Shown here: one piece after another, positions 52,130-64,000 of the stretch
Layout of the letters: the number at the start of each line of letters is the position of its first letter
How positions within the stretch are numbered: position 1 is the stretch's first letter
Assembly (NCBI GenBank): GCA_965603825.1
Contig: CBFDEM010000004.1
Coordinates: 62,001-126,000, forward strand
Reading direction: 5' to 3'
From: Blepharisma stoltei ATCC 30299
Lineage: Eukaryota > Protista > Ciliophora
Length of the DNA stretch: 64,000 nt
Program-made: the position numbers and the translations under genes
Notes under the pieces: model-generated
Database searches by the model: none
What the model saw: only the letters and a program-made list of their open reading frames with translations
What the model was told of the DNA's origin: nothing

Positions 52130-52890
52130 TTAATTAAAATTATTCTGCATAATTTTTATCATTTGCATACTTTCTTTTTCTCTATTGAAAACCATCAGAT
52201 AGAGTAAAAATAGCATTGCCACTAAGATTAAAATCATCTCAAACGAAAAATCACCGCTGGATAAACTCATCCATGAAATTGCTATTTATAAATAAAAGCT
52301 ATAAATTTAGAATTGTATTTTAATCATATGAAAGTTTAATTCCTTTTTAAATTCTTATTTGCCTCTATCTAATAAAATTGATTGGTTTGGCTTCTATCCG
52401 AGTCTCGGTTATTCAAATTTCCTTTCTTTTAAGCTCTGATTAATTTTATCATCATTTATTGGCTTTCCAAGCTGAAATCTAAAAAGCAGCTCAACATCAG
52501 CACTTTCTTCAGCAAATAGCATTGAGGGATAGTATTTAGCCTAAAATATAGACCTGTGACTTGGACCTATAGATTCATAGTATGCAAAAGATCCTTAAAA
52601 ATAGAAATAAGATGTAAAAATCCCAAGTTTCCTATTATAGTTAATGGAATTTTGGACATCAGCTTGAATAGCAGAACTAAAAATATTGTCAGATTTAATT
52701 GGACTTGAATAAAAACACTCATAATTCAACAATCACCACAGCGCAATTTCCATAATACAGAGTCTTTATTTTTATAAAGCCATCCTATATTTATAGAAAT
52801 TTTTACTTGAAAAAAACCCATCGTAACTGAAATTAGGGCTAAAGAAAGGAATTCAGAAAACAGATAAAAACTTCATTTATATTCTATTAA
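52130..52890 (-). pseudogene. Possible decayed unrelated gene
   Basis: Higher-complexity sequence with protein-like stretches (YSSPIKSDNIFSSAIQADVQ..., AKYYPSMLFAEESADVELLFRFQLGKP...) interrupted by many TAA/TAG; no recognised motif. Confidence 0.25.
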
Positions 52891-53083
52891 CACACAAAAG
52901 TAAAAATTTAAATACTCATATACTTGCAAAATATCAAGAAGGGGAAAAAAGAATTAATATAACTATAAGTATAAACAATAAGCTGAGCTTTTATTAAAAA
53001 ATTGGCATTCCTATAATAATTTAAAAATATTGCAAGATTATCATTAATTTTTAGACTAAAAATTATTATAGCCTTTGTGCAAA

Positions 53084-56000
53084 CTACGGAATGATCTTCA
53101 TAATTGAATTGATTTTTTGTAGATATTGCTTTTCTTTTCTGAAAAACACATAGTAAAATGAAAAATAAATAGTTACAGATGTAATTATAAAAAGTATAAA
53201 TGCTCACACAATAATTGCAACTTGTGCGTCAATCACTTTTTGAGAGTCACTATCCATTTCATTTGCAAGCTCATCATAGCTTGTATTAAGATAAACAATA
53301 CCAAATATCCAATTAACCCAAAAATCAGTTATTATATTTGAAAATGCAACCAAATAGCCATCCTGCAATAATACTTCTTCAGCAGAGTATGAGCCAAAAG
53401 TTAAATAATTCGTGTAAACCTGATAATTATTTTCATACAATTTTTTTTTAAAATCATCTGACAAAATAGGTGAGTATTTTGGATTTCTTAATAATTTTTT
53501 GGAATCTTCAAGATCTGATAAGGTTTCTTGAAATTCAATTATAGGATCTACAAAAGGATATGACTGGAGGTATTTGTTTAATGGCGGAAATCCTCAATTA
53601 TGGAATAAAAGCTCTGATGATCATATAGCAAAAGTATTTTGCAATATTTTTGTGCGGATAAGCTCTTTCATCATTTCAGGTCTATATGACAAATAATTTG
53701 TGCATTTTTCATAAAGATAAGTAATATTTACAATAGAAAATGCTGTTACTATGATAAAATAAATGCAAATTCTTCAGATATACTTTCAGGAATTTCTGAA
53801 ATTAAATCGTTTTTTTGAATGATTTCGATTAGAAATGAAAATTTCAGACTGAGAATGAACAAATCGGAGCCTTTCTAAGAGCCCATTCCTTAGCTCTGCA
53901 TGATTATCATAAACTTTTCTTCTTAAATTACCCCAAAAATCATTTTCGATTTGTATAGTAGATCAGCAAAATGGTATCATAATGCACACACATAAAGCGA
54001 GAACGCCGATTCCTAATATGAGCAGAAAAAACATGTCGTATTTAAAACCAGAGTTTATTGATTTTTGGCACTCCATTATTTCATATAGCGAAGTATTACA
54101 GTATTCAAATCCTATTCCATAGCCATTTATTACTATAAAGTTTAATTCAGTTTTATAGTCTTCTGAGTTATTATATTTTCTTGCCATATCATATCCCTAC
54201 ATAAAAATTACATATTGAACAGATTTTGAAAGCATATCTAATAAATTCATTTTTTTTATTTTTCCTGAATCCCACAAATCAATGCTTTCATCAGTCAAAA
54301 TGCTTCGACTTGAACAATAATTCCATTTCGGCAAATTAGAAGTAATATAGAGTAAAGAAGCTTTTAAGCTATCCACTGAAGAAGGGAACCCAGACCATGT
54401 TAAAAATAAGGGAAAAGCAGTTTCCAAACTCCCATAATTAGAAAGCGCCCAAATTATTTGTGCACCGTATGCTACTTTTTGCAGCTTTGCCTCTGCTTCT
54501 GCTAGGGCGATAGGAAGCTCCATATTTCTTATAAGCTCAATACTGGAGGACGCATAAAATAAAACCGCAATATTCGTGCTCAGCACAGCAATAATCTATT
54601 TAAAAAATACTGATAAAATAAAAGCAATATGTAAAATATTAATTGATCTTGAAGAGGTTGACAGCATTTGGAAATATTTTTTTTGTCGAGAATGCTCAGA
54701 AATTTGTGATTTTTCTTCTGAAAGTTTGTCTGAAAAACGATTTTCTGCTAATTCAGGGATGCCATTATTAAAGCTAGGCTGGTTCAAATTCATTTCAGAG
54801 TTAATTATTTGGTCATAGGAATTTTGATAATATCCTTGAAATTCTTGATTTTTAGGGCTTAATAGGTTTGAGTCGTAATTTGCAGCTTGTCTTTCATCTT
54901 TTTCATCAAAAAAATGATTTGGATGGTTTTTATGCTTCCAAATTTCGAGTTCTGTTTCATCATTAATAAGAAATACGTAATATATTTGGGCATTGTAGAC
55001 TTTTATATAGTTTTTTATTAGAATTGTTTCTTTTTCAAAATTAGGCAAATGATAAGGGATAAAGAATTTTACATCATTAATCCCTACTCCAGGAAATAAA
55101 TTTTTAATATTGCAGCCTTGCAAGTTATCGTTAAATTTTCTGGCAAATTTTGGAAAATTTTCTGAGTAGCATAAGATTTCTCCATTTTCACTTGTTAATG
55201 CAGCTTCCCGTCTAGCGTTTCTTCGCTGAAAATTTAATATAATAACAGCACAATTATCAATTGAAGTTAATGTAGCTTTTCCTATACACTCTATTAAATG
55301 CATGCCTGGAATATTTAAAAAAAATCCTTTACTTAAGTCTATTTCTGAGCTAGAGCTAAAATGAATTGCCCACTTTACTTCTTCTTTTATTTTTTCAGAA
55401 TAATAAGCATGAATAAAATTCATTATATTACTGCCTTCAATGTTTATTATTGAAGATTTCATAATTTCTGCTGCTTTTAGATTTGAAAATATAATTTTAC
55501 CAAAATTGTTTTCATCTCCAGAAATTACTAAAATTCCATTAGAATATCTAAAATAGCTGAACTTTTTAGAATCAAAATTTATGGCACTTAGTCCTCTAAG
55601 CTTATTTTCTAGTAAATTTGATTTTTCAAAGTCATAAAGAACATCTTTTGCATATGAAGCATGGAGCGCTAAGATTTCTTTTGAGTCTAAAAATTTTGTG
55701 GTTAATTCACTGTACTGATTATTAAGAAGTAAAATCCTTTTATAAAGTCAGTTCAATTTTATTGTCAATCCTTTTAAATCAGGCTTAAGAGAAATTAATT
55801 CTTCTCAAAAATTCAATAAATTGACACATAATTTTTCATCCTTCTTTTTTATTATGTTTAAATGATAAAAATAGCTTATAAATTGTGTCTTTTCATTAAA
55901 TAAAGAATTTTGAATATTTTTATTACATAAAAATTCCTGAAATTCAGCTTCTAAATTTCATTTAGAAATACTTTGCGATTTGCTTAGTTTTAATTTTGCT

Positions 56001-57253
56001 AATGATTTGTCTTTTAGTGTAAATAAACAATAATTTGTAGCTCAGGCAACTTGAAGCTTGTCTCCATGGAAAAAGTGTTCTGTAAAGAAGGTTTCAAATA
56101 GATAAATAATATGATCTTTATGCTCTATGTCGTTGCCACACAAAAAATTTCTCAAAGATTTTTCTAGCTGATACTGAGAATTTATTCCTGCCAAGCCTGC
56201 TGGAGGATTGCTTGAGGTGCTATTTAATTTGAGTTTCCGAGTGTATTGAATCACAAATAAAGCTGATAATGGGCCTAAAACAATTGCTGATAAAATCGTA
56301 AATAGGGCATTATCCATTATTATACCCAAAATAAATCCAAATGATATTACAATAATAATAAAAAGCTGGAGAATCAGTATAAAATTGCAATAAAATGAAA
56401 AATATGGTAAAAGCTTCATAATTTCAAAAATTATAATTATTGAAAAAGCCATCATAGCAATTTGAAAATAAATCATATAATCATCATCAAACAATATATA
56501 AAATATTGACGAAAAATATGTGAAAAACGCTATATGAGCATCAATTTTTGAATGTGCTTTTGATTTTACTATTTTACTGCTCACAGAATGTCTTATTTCG
56601 CCTGAAAATTCAGCATGAAAAATAATTAAAGGAAAATTTATAATTATTGAAAGTATGATCAAAAGTTTTAAAATAAAGGTAATCTTAAAATCTGATGTAT
56701 CGCTGCTATTTTCGTACTCAGTAGCATTATAGTCTGACAGAAAGTTGTATTTCAGAAAAATGGTAAATAAAACCACTGAAGGGATAAAAAATATTGCTAT
56801 TCATATATTTAAAAATCATTTAAGTGCAATAAATAATATTTTTGGCAAACTCACAGATCGATGATAGTCAGCAATTGTACACACAAGAATAGTTAATGAA
56901 ATCATTAAAGTAATTGAAATCGCTAGATATAAGTATTCATAAAAATTTCCGAATGCTGAGCAAATATTGTCAAGCCTTATGTATCCAACAATTTTTCATA
57001 ATGTCATATAGTCTTTTCAATCTGTAATTGGGAGATTTGGGGTTCACATTAGGCTTGCCATTTGAAGACTCCAAATTATGCTATGAATTGCCCTTTCAAC
57101 TTTTTGCCAATTGTCAGATCTTTCTTCCATAGCCTTATTGTGATAAATTTGGCTATATACCTCAAATATTGAAGCTTTTATACTCCTCCTTTCTTTTTTA
57201 GCTCAAAAGCCTTTATTTGAAGACTCCATAAATTCACCTTCATATGTAAGCAT
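53084..57253 (-). CDS. Copy K: TmcB/TmcC-like PAS membrane protein (~1379 aa)
   Basis: ATG 57253 (MLTYEGEFME), TAG 53084 (MKIIP*). Introns 54596-54610 (GTATTTTTTAAATAG) and 54197-54211 (GTAATTTTTATGTAG). Confidence 0.9.
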
Positions 57254-57584
57254 TAGTGCAATATAAAATATTATATTTATGAAATTATGGGCTTAATACT
57301 TTAGTTGGTTTACTACGCCATTTAATTTATATCCAGCTAAAAGGGTAATTAGGTTTTAATTTCAAATTACCAAAAAAATACAATTTTAAAAATTTATCTA
57401 TATAATCTATCACTTTTCACCTATCACGCCTATAGCAAAATTAGGCTATAATAGATTATTTCAGCTCTATAGCTCTAATACCAATTATTGTTTTCAACCC
57501 TCAATTCCCTAATTATTTTTTCTTTCAGGATAGTAAAAATTATCATAATTATTTTATTTTTATTATACTCTAAAACTAAAAGTC

Positions 57585-60500
57585 TTACACTGGCATAATA
57601 CTCATCATTGAATTAATTTTCTGTAAATATTTCTTCTCACTCTTGAAAAATACAAAACAAAGCGCAAAATATATAATAATTGAGATTACGGCAAAAATAA
57701 AAAATGCTGCAACAATAAGATTTAACTGGCCCTCAATCACGCTTTGAGAATAACTATCAGCTTCACTAATAAAAGTTTCATAATTTGTTCTTAAAAATGT
57801 GAGATTTAAAACTCAATTTCAATATGTATCACCTTTAGATAAGTCTATATTTGCAATCATATAACTAGTATTTATTATTTCTTCCTCAGCTGCATATGCG
57901 CCATAATCTCAATAATTAAAATACGGTAGGGATTGCCTATCATTTTCATAATAAATTGTTTGGAAATTATTTGATAAAATTGGCTGATATTTCGGACTTC
58001 TTAATAATACTATCGAATCACGAAGTTCTGATATAGAATCTTGGAAAATTGTTAAGCTATTTTGGTAATTATGTATATTAAGCAAGTCATTCAATGGAAA
58101 ACCTATAACGTCATATTGTAAATTTGATGCTGAAATTGCAAGGGTATTTATAAGAATCTTTGTGCGGATTAGTTCTAGGAGGACTTCTGGTCTATATGCT
58201 AAATAATTTGTGCAGTTTTCATAAAGGTATATAATATTAATTACGGAAAATGCTATAACGGCTATAAAATATATGAAAAATCTTCATATAAATTTCCAAT
58301 AATTTTTGAAGTTGAATATTAATCTGGATGGTATTCTATTACTATATAAAAATTCATGATAAGAATGGACGCTTCTTAGCCTTTCTAAAAGTGCCTGCTT
58401 CATTTCTGAATAATTTCGAACAGCTTTTTTTCTCAAATTATTCCAAAAATCGTTTTCAATTTTAATCACAGAATAGCAAAATGGAACCATAAAGAAAAAG
58501 CATAGGCCAAGGACTCCTATCCCCATAATAAGAAGTAATAATATTTCTGATTTAAAATCAAGCATTAAAGATTTTTGGCACTCAATTACTTCATATAGCG
58601 AGGAATTGCAATATTGAAATCCATCTCCATAGCCATTCATCATCAAAAACTTTACCTCGTTTGAAAAATCGTCAGAATTATTAAATTTACTTATTAAGTC
58701 GGATCCCTAAATGATTTTTACTTTCTGAATAGACTGGGATAGCATATTTAATAAGCTTTCTTTTTTTATTTGGCCTGAATCTCATACATTAATGCGCTTA
58801 TCAGTCAAAATTGTTTGACTTGAGCAATAATTTCATTTTGTTAAACTAGAAGTAATATCCAAATAAATGTCTTTTAATTCTTTTACGTACGCTGGTGTTG
58901 CGCTTCAAAATCCTAATAAATATGGATCCGATTTAGAGTTGCTATAAGAATTTTGTACTCAGAGTACTTGTGCAATATAAGCAACGCATTGCAATCTTGA
59001 CTCTGCTTTTGCTATAGCCATAGGAAAATCCATATTCTTTATAAAATTGATATTCGAAAAAGCATAAAATAGGACAATGATATTTGTGCTTAGAACAGCT
59101 ATAATCTATATAAATATTACTGATAAAATAAAAGCAAAGTGCAAAATATTTATGGACCTAGAAGCAATTACTAGCATTTTAAAAAATTTTTTTTTGCTTA
59201 GAAATTGCGATCTAGCATCTGATGATTTACTGACAGAATTATTTTCATGGTAAACTAAAGAGACATTAGAGTTTGAATGAATTAATTTCATTTCTGATTT
59301 TAAAGGTTTTTCGTCAGATATTTCATAGGTTTTTAAAGATTTTCCTTGGTTTAACGAATTATTATATGCTGCTTCTTTTTCTTTCTTAATATTATAGGAA
59401 TTTTCATTTTTTCATCTTGGTATTCCTTCATGGTCATTTCTTAGTATAGCATAAAAAACCTTAAATTTATAAATATCTATATGAGATGCTACAAGAGTTG
59501 CTTGGCTATTTTGCGATTGAAAAATTATTTCTGCACCATATCTTCCGATTTCAGTAAATACATCCTTAATATTGCAGTCTATTAAATTTTCATTATATAT
59601 TCCAGCTAACTCAGAAAAATTTTCTGTTCAGCACAAAATTTCTCCACTATCTGTTAAAAGTGCTGCCTGATGTCTTATTTGCTTTATTTGGAAGTTTAAT
59701 ATAAAACAAATATTATTATCAATTGATGTAATTACAGCTTTTCCTTTACATTCAATTAAATATCTTCCAGGAATACTCAAAAAAAAGCCTTTACTAAATT
59801 CTATTTGAGAGCTTGAACCATAATGAATAAGCCACTTTAATTCTTGCTTTAGACTTTTCCAATAATAGGTATGAATGAAATCCATTATATTGCTCTCTTC
59901 CAAACTAAAAATAGAATTTTTCATAATTTCAGCAGCTCTTGGATTAGCAAATAAAATATGACCAAAACTATCAGGCTCGCCTGATATTATTAAAATTCCA
60001 CTAGACTCATTAAAAAAGCTGAGTTTTTTTAATTCAGCATTTGCACTATTTAGATTGTTTAGCCCTCTTAATTTATTTTCTAGTAAATTTGACTTTTCGT
60101 AATCATAAATAATATCATTTGAATACGAAGTATACAGTGTTAAGCATTCTCGAGAGCCCGGAAACTCCATTGCTAGCTTTATGTATTGATTGTTAAGGTA
60201 TAAAATCATCTCGTTAATCCATTCCAATCTCTTTTTTAATCCATTAAGATCAGGCCTAGATGAAGTCAATTCTTCCCAAAAATTCAATAAATGTGTGCAT
60301 AATTTTGCATCTTTATTTTTTATCAAATTTAGTTGCTGGTAATAATTAATAAAAATTAAGCTCTCATTTGAAGAAGATTCGTTGATATTTTTATTGCATA
60401 TACCTAATATAGCTGATGCTAATAGGTATTCTTGAAAGTCTGCCTCTAAATTTCAGCTTGAAATAGTTTTGGCTTTGCTTAGCTTGACTTTTGCTAATGG

Positions 60501-61727
60501 CCCGTCTTTTAGAGTATATAAGCAGTAATTTGCTACCCAAATAATTTGAAATTTACCTCTATTATTATTTTTTATAATGAATTTTTCAAAGATTTGAATT
60601 ATTTCATCTTTATGCTCAGTATCTTTTAGGCATAGCCAATATCTTAGTTTTTTCTCTAGCTCGTATTCAGAATTTATTTCTTTCAAATCCGCTAAATCAG
60701 CCAAATTTATTTGTTTTTGGAGTTTTATAGTTAATTGCACTAAAATTGCTGCTGATATTGGTCCTAAAATAGCTGCTATAAAAATAATAAGCAATGAGTT
60801 ATTCATTATATACCCTAAGACAAATCCAAAAGAAAATATAGCAACAGTAAAAAGCTTGAGATTTTGCATTAGGTTGTAATAAAGAGAAAAATAAGGCAAA
60901 AGCATTTCAGATTCTGCGACTATAATTATTGAAACAATCATCATAAAAAATTGAAAATAAATAATATAGCTTTCATTAAATAAAGTAAAAAATATTGGCA
61001 AAAAATAAGTAAAAATTGCAATATGACAATCAATTTTTGAATGAGCTTTTGCTTTTATAGTTTTAGTGCTTTCAGAGTGTCTAATTTCACTTGTAAATTG
61101 ATTATAAAAATAAAGCAAAGGGAAGTTTGTTATTAATGCTAGAACAATTGTAAACTGTAGCCCAGGGCTTATTTCAAAGTCTTCTTGATTATTTTCTTTG
61201 TATTCTGATATATATTTTTGAGGTCAAATATTATACTTTAAAAATATGGAATAGATAGCCATGGAAGGTATTAAAAAGAAAATCAGCCAAAAGTTGAAAA
61301 ATAATCTTAATATACCAAATAATTTTGCAACACTTAAAGAACAATAAATACAAATAGCTAGGCAAGTCATGCTAACACCAAGCATGAAAGTAATTGTAAA
61401 TGATAAATATAAGCATTCTCTCATCGTGCCCAGCTGAGAGCATATATTATCAAGCCTAAAAATTCCAATGGCATTTCATACTATCATATTTTCTTCTCAA
61501 TTTTCAATTGAGAGATTTGAAGTTCATAAAAAGCTTATTACTTGAAGGCATCAAATTATGCTTCATAATGCTTCAGTAACTTTTAACTTGAGTATTGACT
61601 TTTCTTCTAAAGCTTCCTGATGATACAATCGACTGTATATTCTGAATATCAAAAGTTTTAAAGCATTTCCTCTAATTTTCAATTCGGAAGAAAAGGGTTC
61701 ACGTATATCAACTTTATGCCCAGACAT
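57585..61727 (-). CDS. Copy L: TmcB/TmcC-like PAS membrane protein (~1370 aa) with an in-frame 24-bp insertion
   Basis: ATG 61727 (MSGHKVDIRE), TAA 57585 (MSIMPV*). Introns 59106-59120 and 58707-58721 (GTAAAAATCATTTAG). The QEYL-CNK motif is interrupted by LASAILGI. Confidence 0.87.
60399..60429. repeat. 24-bp TA-bounded insertion forming an imperfect hairpin
   Basis: gcaTA-tacctaatatagctgatgctaaTA-ggtattc. ATACCTA (60400-06) pairs with TAGGTAT (60423-29), with inner TAGC/GCTA. Absent from the other paralogs. Confidence 0.75.
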
Positions 61728-62684
61728 TATGGAGAAAAAGTAGCGATAGAAATTTAATTTTTTTTTATAAAAATTTTTGATAAGCTTATTGAGAAATTTT
61801 TATCTAGTTATATAACTGAGAAATTTGGTTTAATATAATTTAATTATATTGACACAAAATAATGGAAATACTGATCATTAGAATGAAATGGACTATTATA
61901 ATTCATTTTGTTAAGCCCAACAAGGCCTATTTAAATTAACTCTCCACGTCTATTTCATTTAGCAAATAGTTCGTAGCTTTTCTTTATAATCCCAAGATTC
62001 CAAAAAGCGGTTGTTGTTAATTATGATCATATAAATGTTTATAATAAAAAAATATTGGAAAATTTATTTTGCAAATTTTTTATGTTTACAATGCTGCCCA
62101 AAGCATGGATGTGCAAGGCATGTTGAAAATACCTCCATATGTGAAAAATTATAATTTGTGCAAGAAAGATATTTTCTTACCCCTGATCATTCTTTTTGAA
62201 GAATTCTAGCAAATATTATTAAGCCATTCTAGTATTAAGCATTCGCCGAAGTTACTTTCTCAATAAGTAGTCGTCAAAATAATTCCTTGCTAAATCATAT
62301 ATAATGTTTTTAAATATTTTCTTTCCTCGAAGGATTAATTAGCCAAAGACAAGCTGCAGATACTGATTTTTGAATGCAATAATTTGTGTTTATTTTCTTC
62401 TGATTAAAAATTTTATAAAAATTAAATATAAAAAATCCTTAATTTGGTTTTCACTATTTGATTCTAATTTTTATAGTCTTACTCATTGAGCTGGTTTCCA
62501 AACTATATATTTCTATAATGATTAATTATCGTCATCTGAGATAAAATTTAATCAGAGTATAAATTAAAAGCTTAAATTTTTTTACTTTAAAGCAATCAAT
62601 CCAAAAATGCATTTTTCATATAATTCACTACCATATTTTTAGAAAACTTATATAAAGAATTATTATTTATTATTCTAAGTAGCA

Positions 62685-64000
62685 TTATGCTGGCATAAAT
62701 TTCATCATTGAGTTTATTCTCTGCAAATACTGCTTTTCATTTTTGAAAAATAAGAAATAAAGCATAAAATATATCAAAATCGATGAGATAAGATAAGAAA
62801 CATATAAAATGCTCCAACTATAATGTTTACTTGATCCTCAATAACGCTGTGAGAATAAGTATCAATTTCACTTATATATTTATCATAATTATTTCGAGAA
62901 AGTGTAATGTTGTATACTCAATTTCTATATGTATCTTCACCAGTTACATCAAAATCTGCAATGAGATATCCAGAATTTATTAATTCTTGTTCAGCGGAAT
63001 ATGCACCATAATCTAAATAGTGTGTATATGGTTGGCCATCACTTTCATAAATCATTTTTTCGTAATTGTTTGATAGAATTGGTCGATATTTAGGATTTCT
63101 TAATATTAATTTCGCATCTTTAAGCCATGATATAGAATTTTGGAATGTCTCTTGGTTATTAGGATAATTATGCATACTCATCAAATAATTTAATGGAAAA
63201 CCTACAACATCATATTGTAAATCTGTTGTTGCAATAATAAAGGCATTTAAAACTATTTTGGTACCAATTAGTTCTCGAATTACTTCAGGCCTATAAGCTA
63301 AATAATTTGTGCAATTTTCATAAAGATAAGTAATGTTAATTAAAGAAAATGCTTCAACCATCATAAAATATATAAAAATTCTTCATATATACTTTCAATA
63401 ATTTTTGAAGTTAACTATTGTCTTCGATGGGCTTTTATTACTAATGAGAATTTCAGGTTCAGAATAAACACTTTTTAGCCTTCCTAAAAGTGAATGTTTC
63501 AATTCAGAATAATTTTGAAATGCTTTTTTTCTTAAATTATTCCAAAGATCGTTTTCAATTTTAATTAAAGAATAGCCAAATGGGACCATAAAACAAAGGC
63601 ATAAGCTAAGAACTCAGATCCCCAGTATAAGAAGTGCAAGCATTTCTGATTTAAAATCAAGCATCAATGACTTTTGACAATTCATTACTTCATATAACGA
63701 ACTATTAATATATTGAAATCCATCTCCATAGCCATTCATCATCAAAAATTTAACCCCATTTGTATAATCTTCAGCGTTATTATACTTATTTATTAAATCA
63801 TATCCCTATATAATTTATACTTTTTGGGCTGATTGAGCCAACATATCCAATAAACTTTCTTTTTTTGCATGCCCAGAGTCCCATACATTAATATTCTTTT
63901 CAGTCAAAATTTTTTTGCTTGAGCAATAGTTTCATCTCGATGAACCAGCAGCAATATCCATATAAATGTCTCTTATATCATCTATATGTCCTGGTAATAA
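62685..64000 (-). CDS. Copy M: 3' part of a family gene (5' end outside window); a 5-bp duplication frameshifts the last TM helix
   Basis: Family motifs (NGYGDGFQY, YLYENCTNYLAYRPEV, NSMMKFMPA-TAA 62685). Intron 63806-63820 (GTATAAATTATATAG). AGATAAGATAAG at 62786-62797 shifts the frame to a stop at 62714. Confidence 0.8.

Noticed and set aside
7056-54818. Antisense ORFs in the track (e.g. 7056-7274, 13072-13362, 19365-19553, 32796-33023, 37666-37917, 51131-51472, 54576-54818)
   Set aside because: These are shadows of hydrophobic TM coding sequence on the opposite strand; their starts and ends are not conserved between paralogs.
62085-62420. Cys/His-containing stretch (CCPKHGCARHVENTSICEKL) as a zinc-finger gene
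   Set aside because: Interrupted by stops within ~20 codons and no coherent frame; cannot be supported without a search.
195-63589. The many short - strand ORFs as separate genes, or a prokaryotic operon of small membrane proteins
   Set aside because: They are consecutive in-frame pieces of ~4.2-kb genes split by UGA(Trp) codons and 15-nt introns.
1-64000. Telomeric repeats, tRNA/rRNA genes, transposase ORFs
   Set aside because: None recognised by eye; no C4A2-type tandem runs or DDE motifs seen.

Overview
Very AT-rich eukaryotic DNA that reads correctly only with UGA=Trp and 15-nt GTA...A(10)...YAG spliceosomal introns. This combination points to a heterotrich ciliate, most likely Blepharisma, and explains why the supplied ORF track is fragmented. 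Almost the whole window is a tandem array of one family of ~1,365-1,390 aa multi-pass membrane proteins. The architecture is an N-terminal TM bundle, a helical/TPR-like region, a PAS-like domain, then two TM-flanked putative extracellular domains ending in 'INSxMKIIP', resembling Dictyostelium TmcB/TmcC. I count 14 copies, labelled 0 and A-M from left to right. Eight look intact (B, C, E, F, G, H, J, K), L is intact with an 8-aa insertion, M is partial with a 3' frameshift, and 0, A, D and I are broken; small orphan remnants also occur. All copies are on the - strand except A, an inverted duplicate of B. The most unusual signal is a pair of related GC-rich 54-bp TA-bounded hairpin insertions (22194-22249 and 47076-47131). 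They share a 14-bp core, have co-varying outer arms, and sit in frame at the same homologous Tyr codon of two distant paralogs, so they are a candidate tiny palindromic MITE/IES family. Other TA-bounded lesions and signs of gene conversion and loop diversification are also present. All family assignments come from reading motifs by eye; no database search was run.
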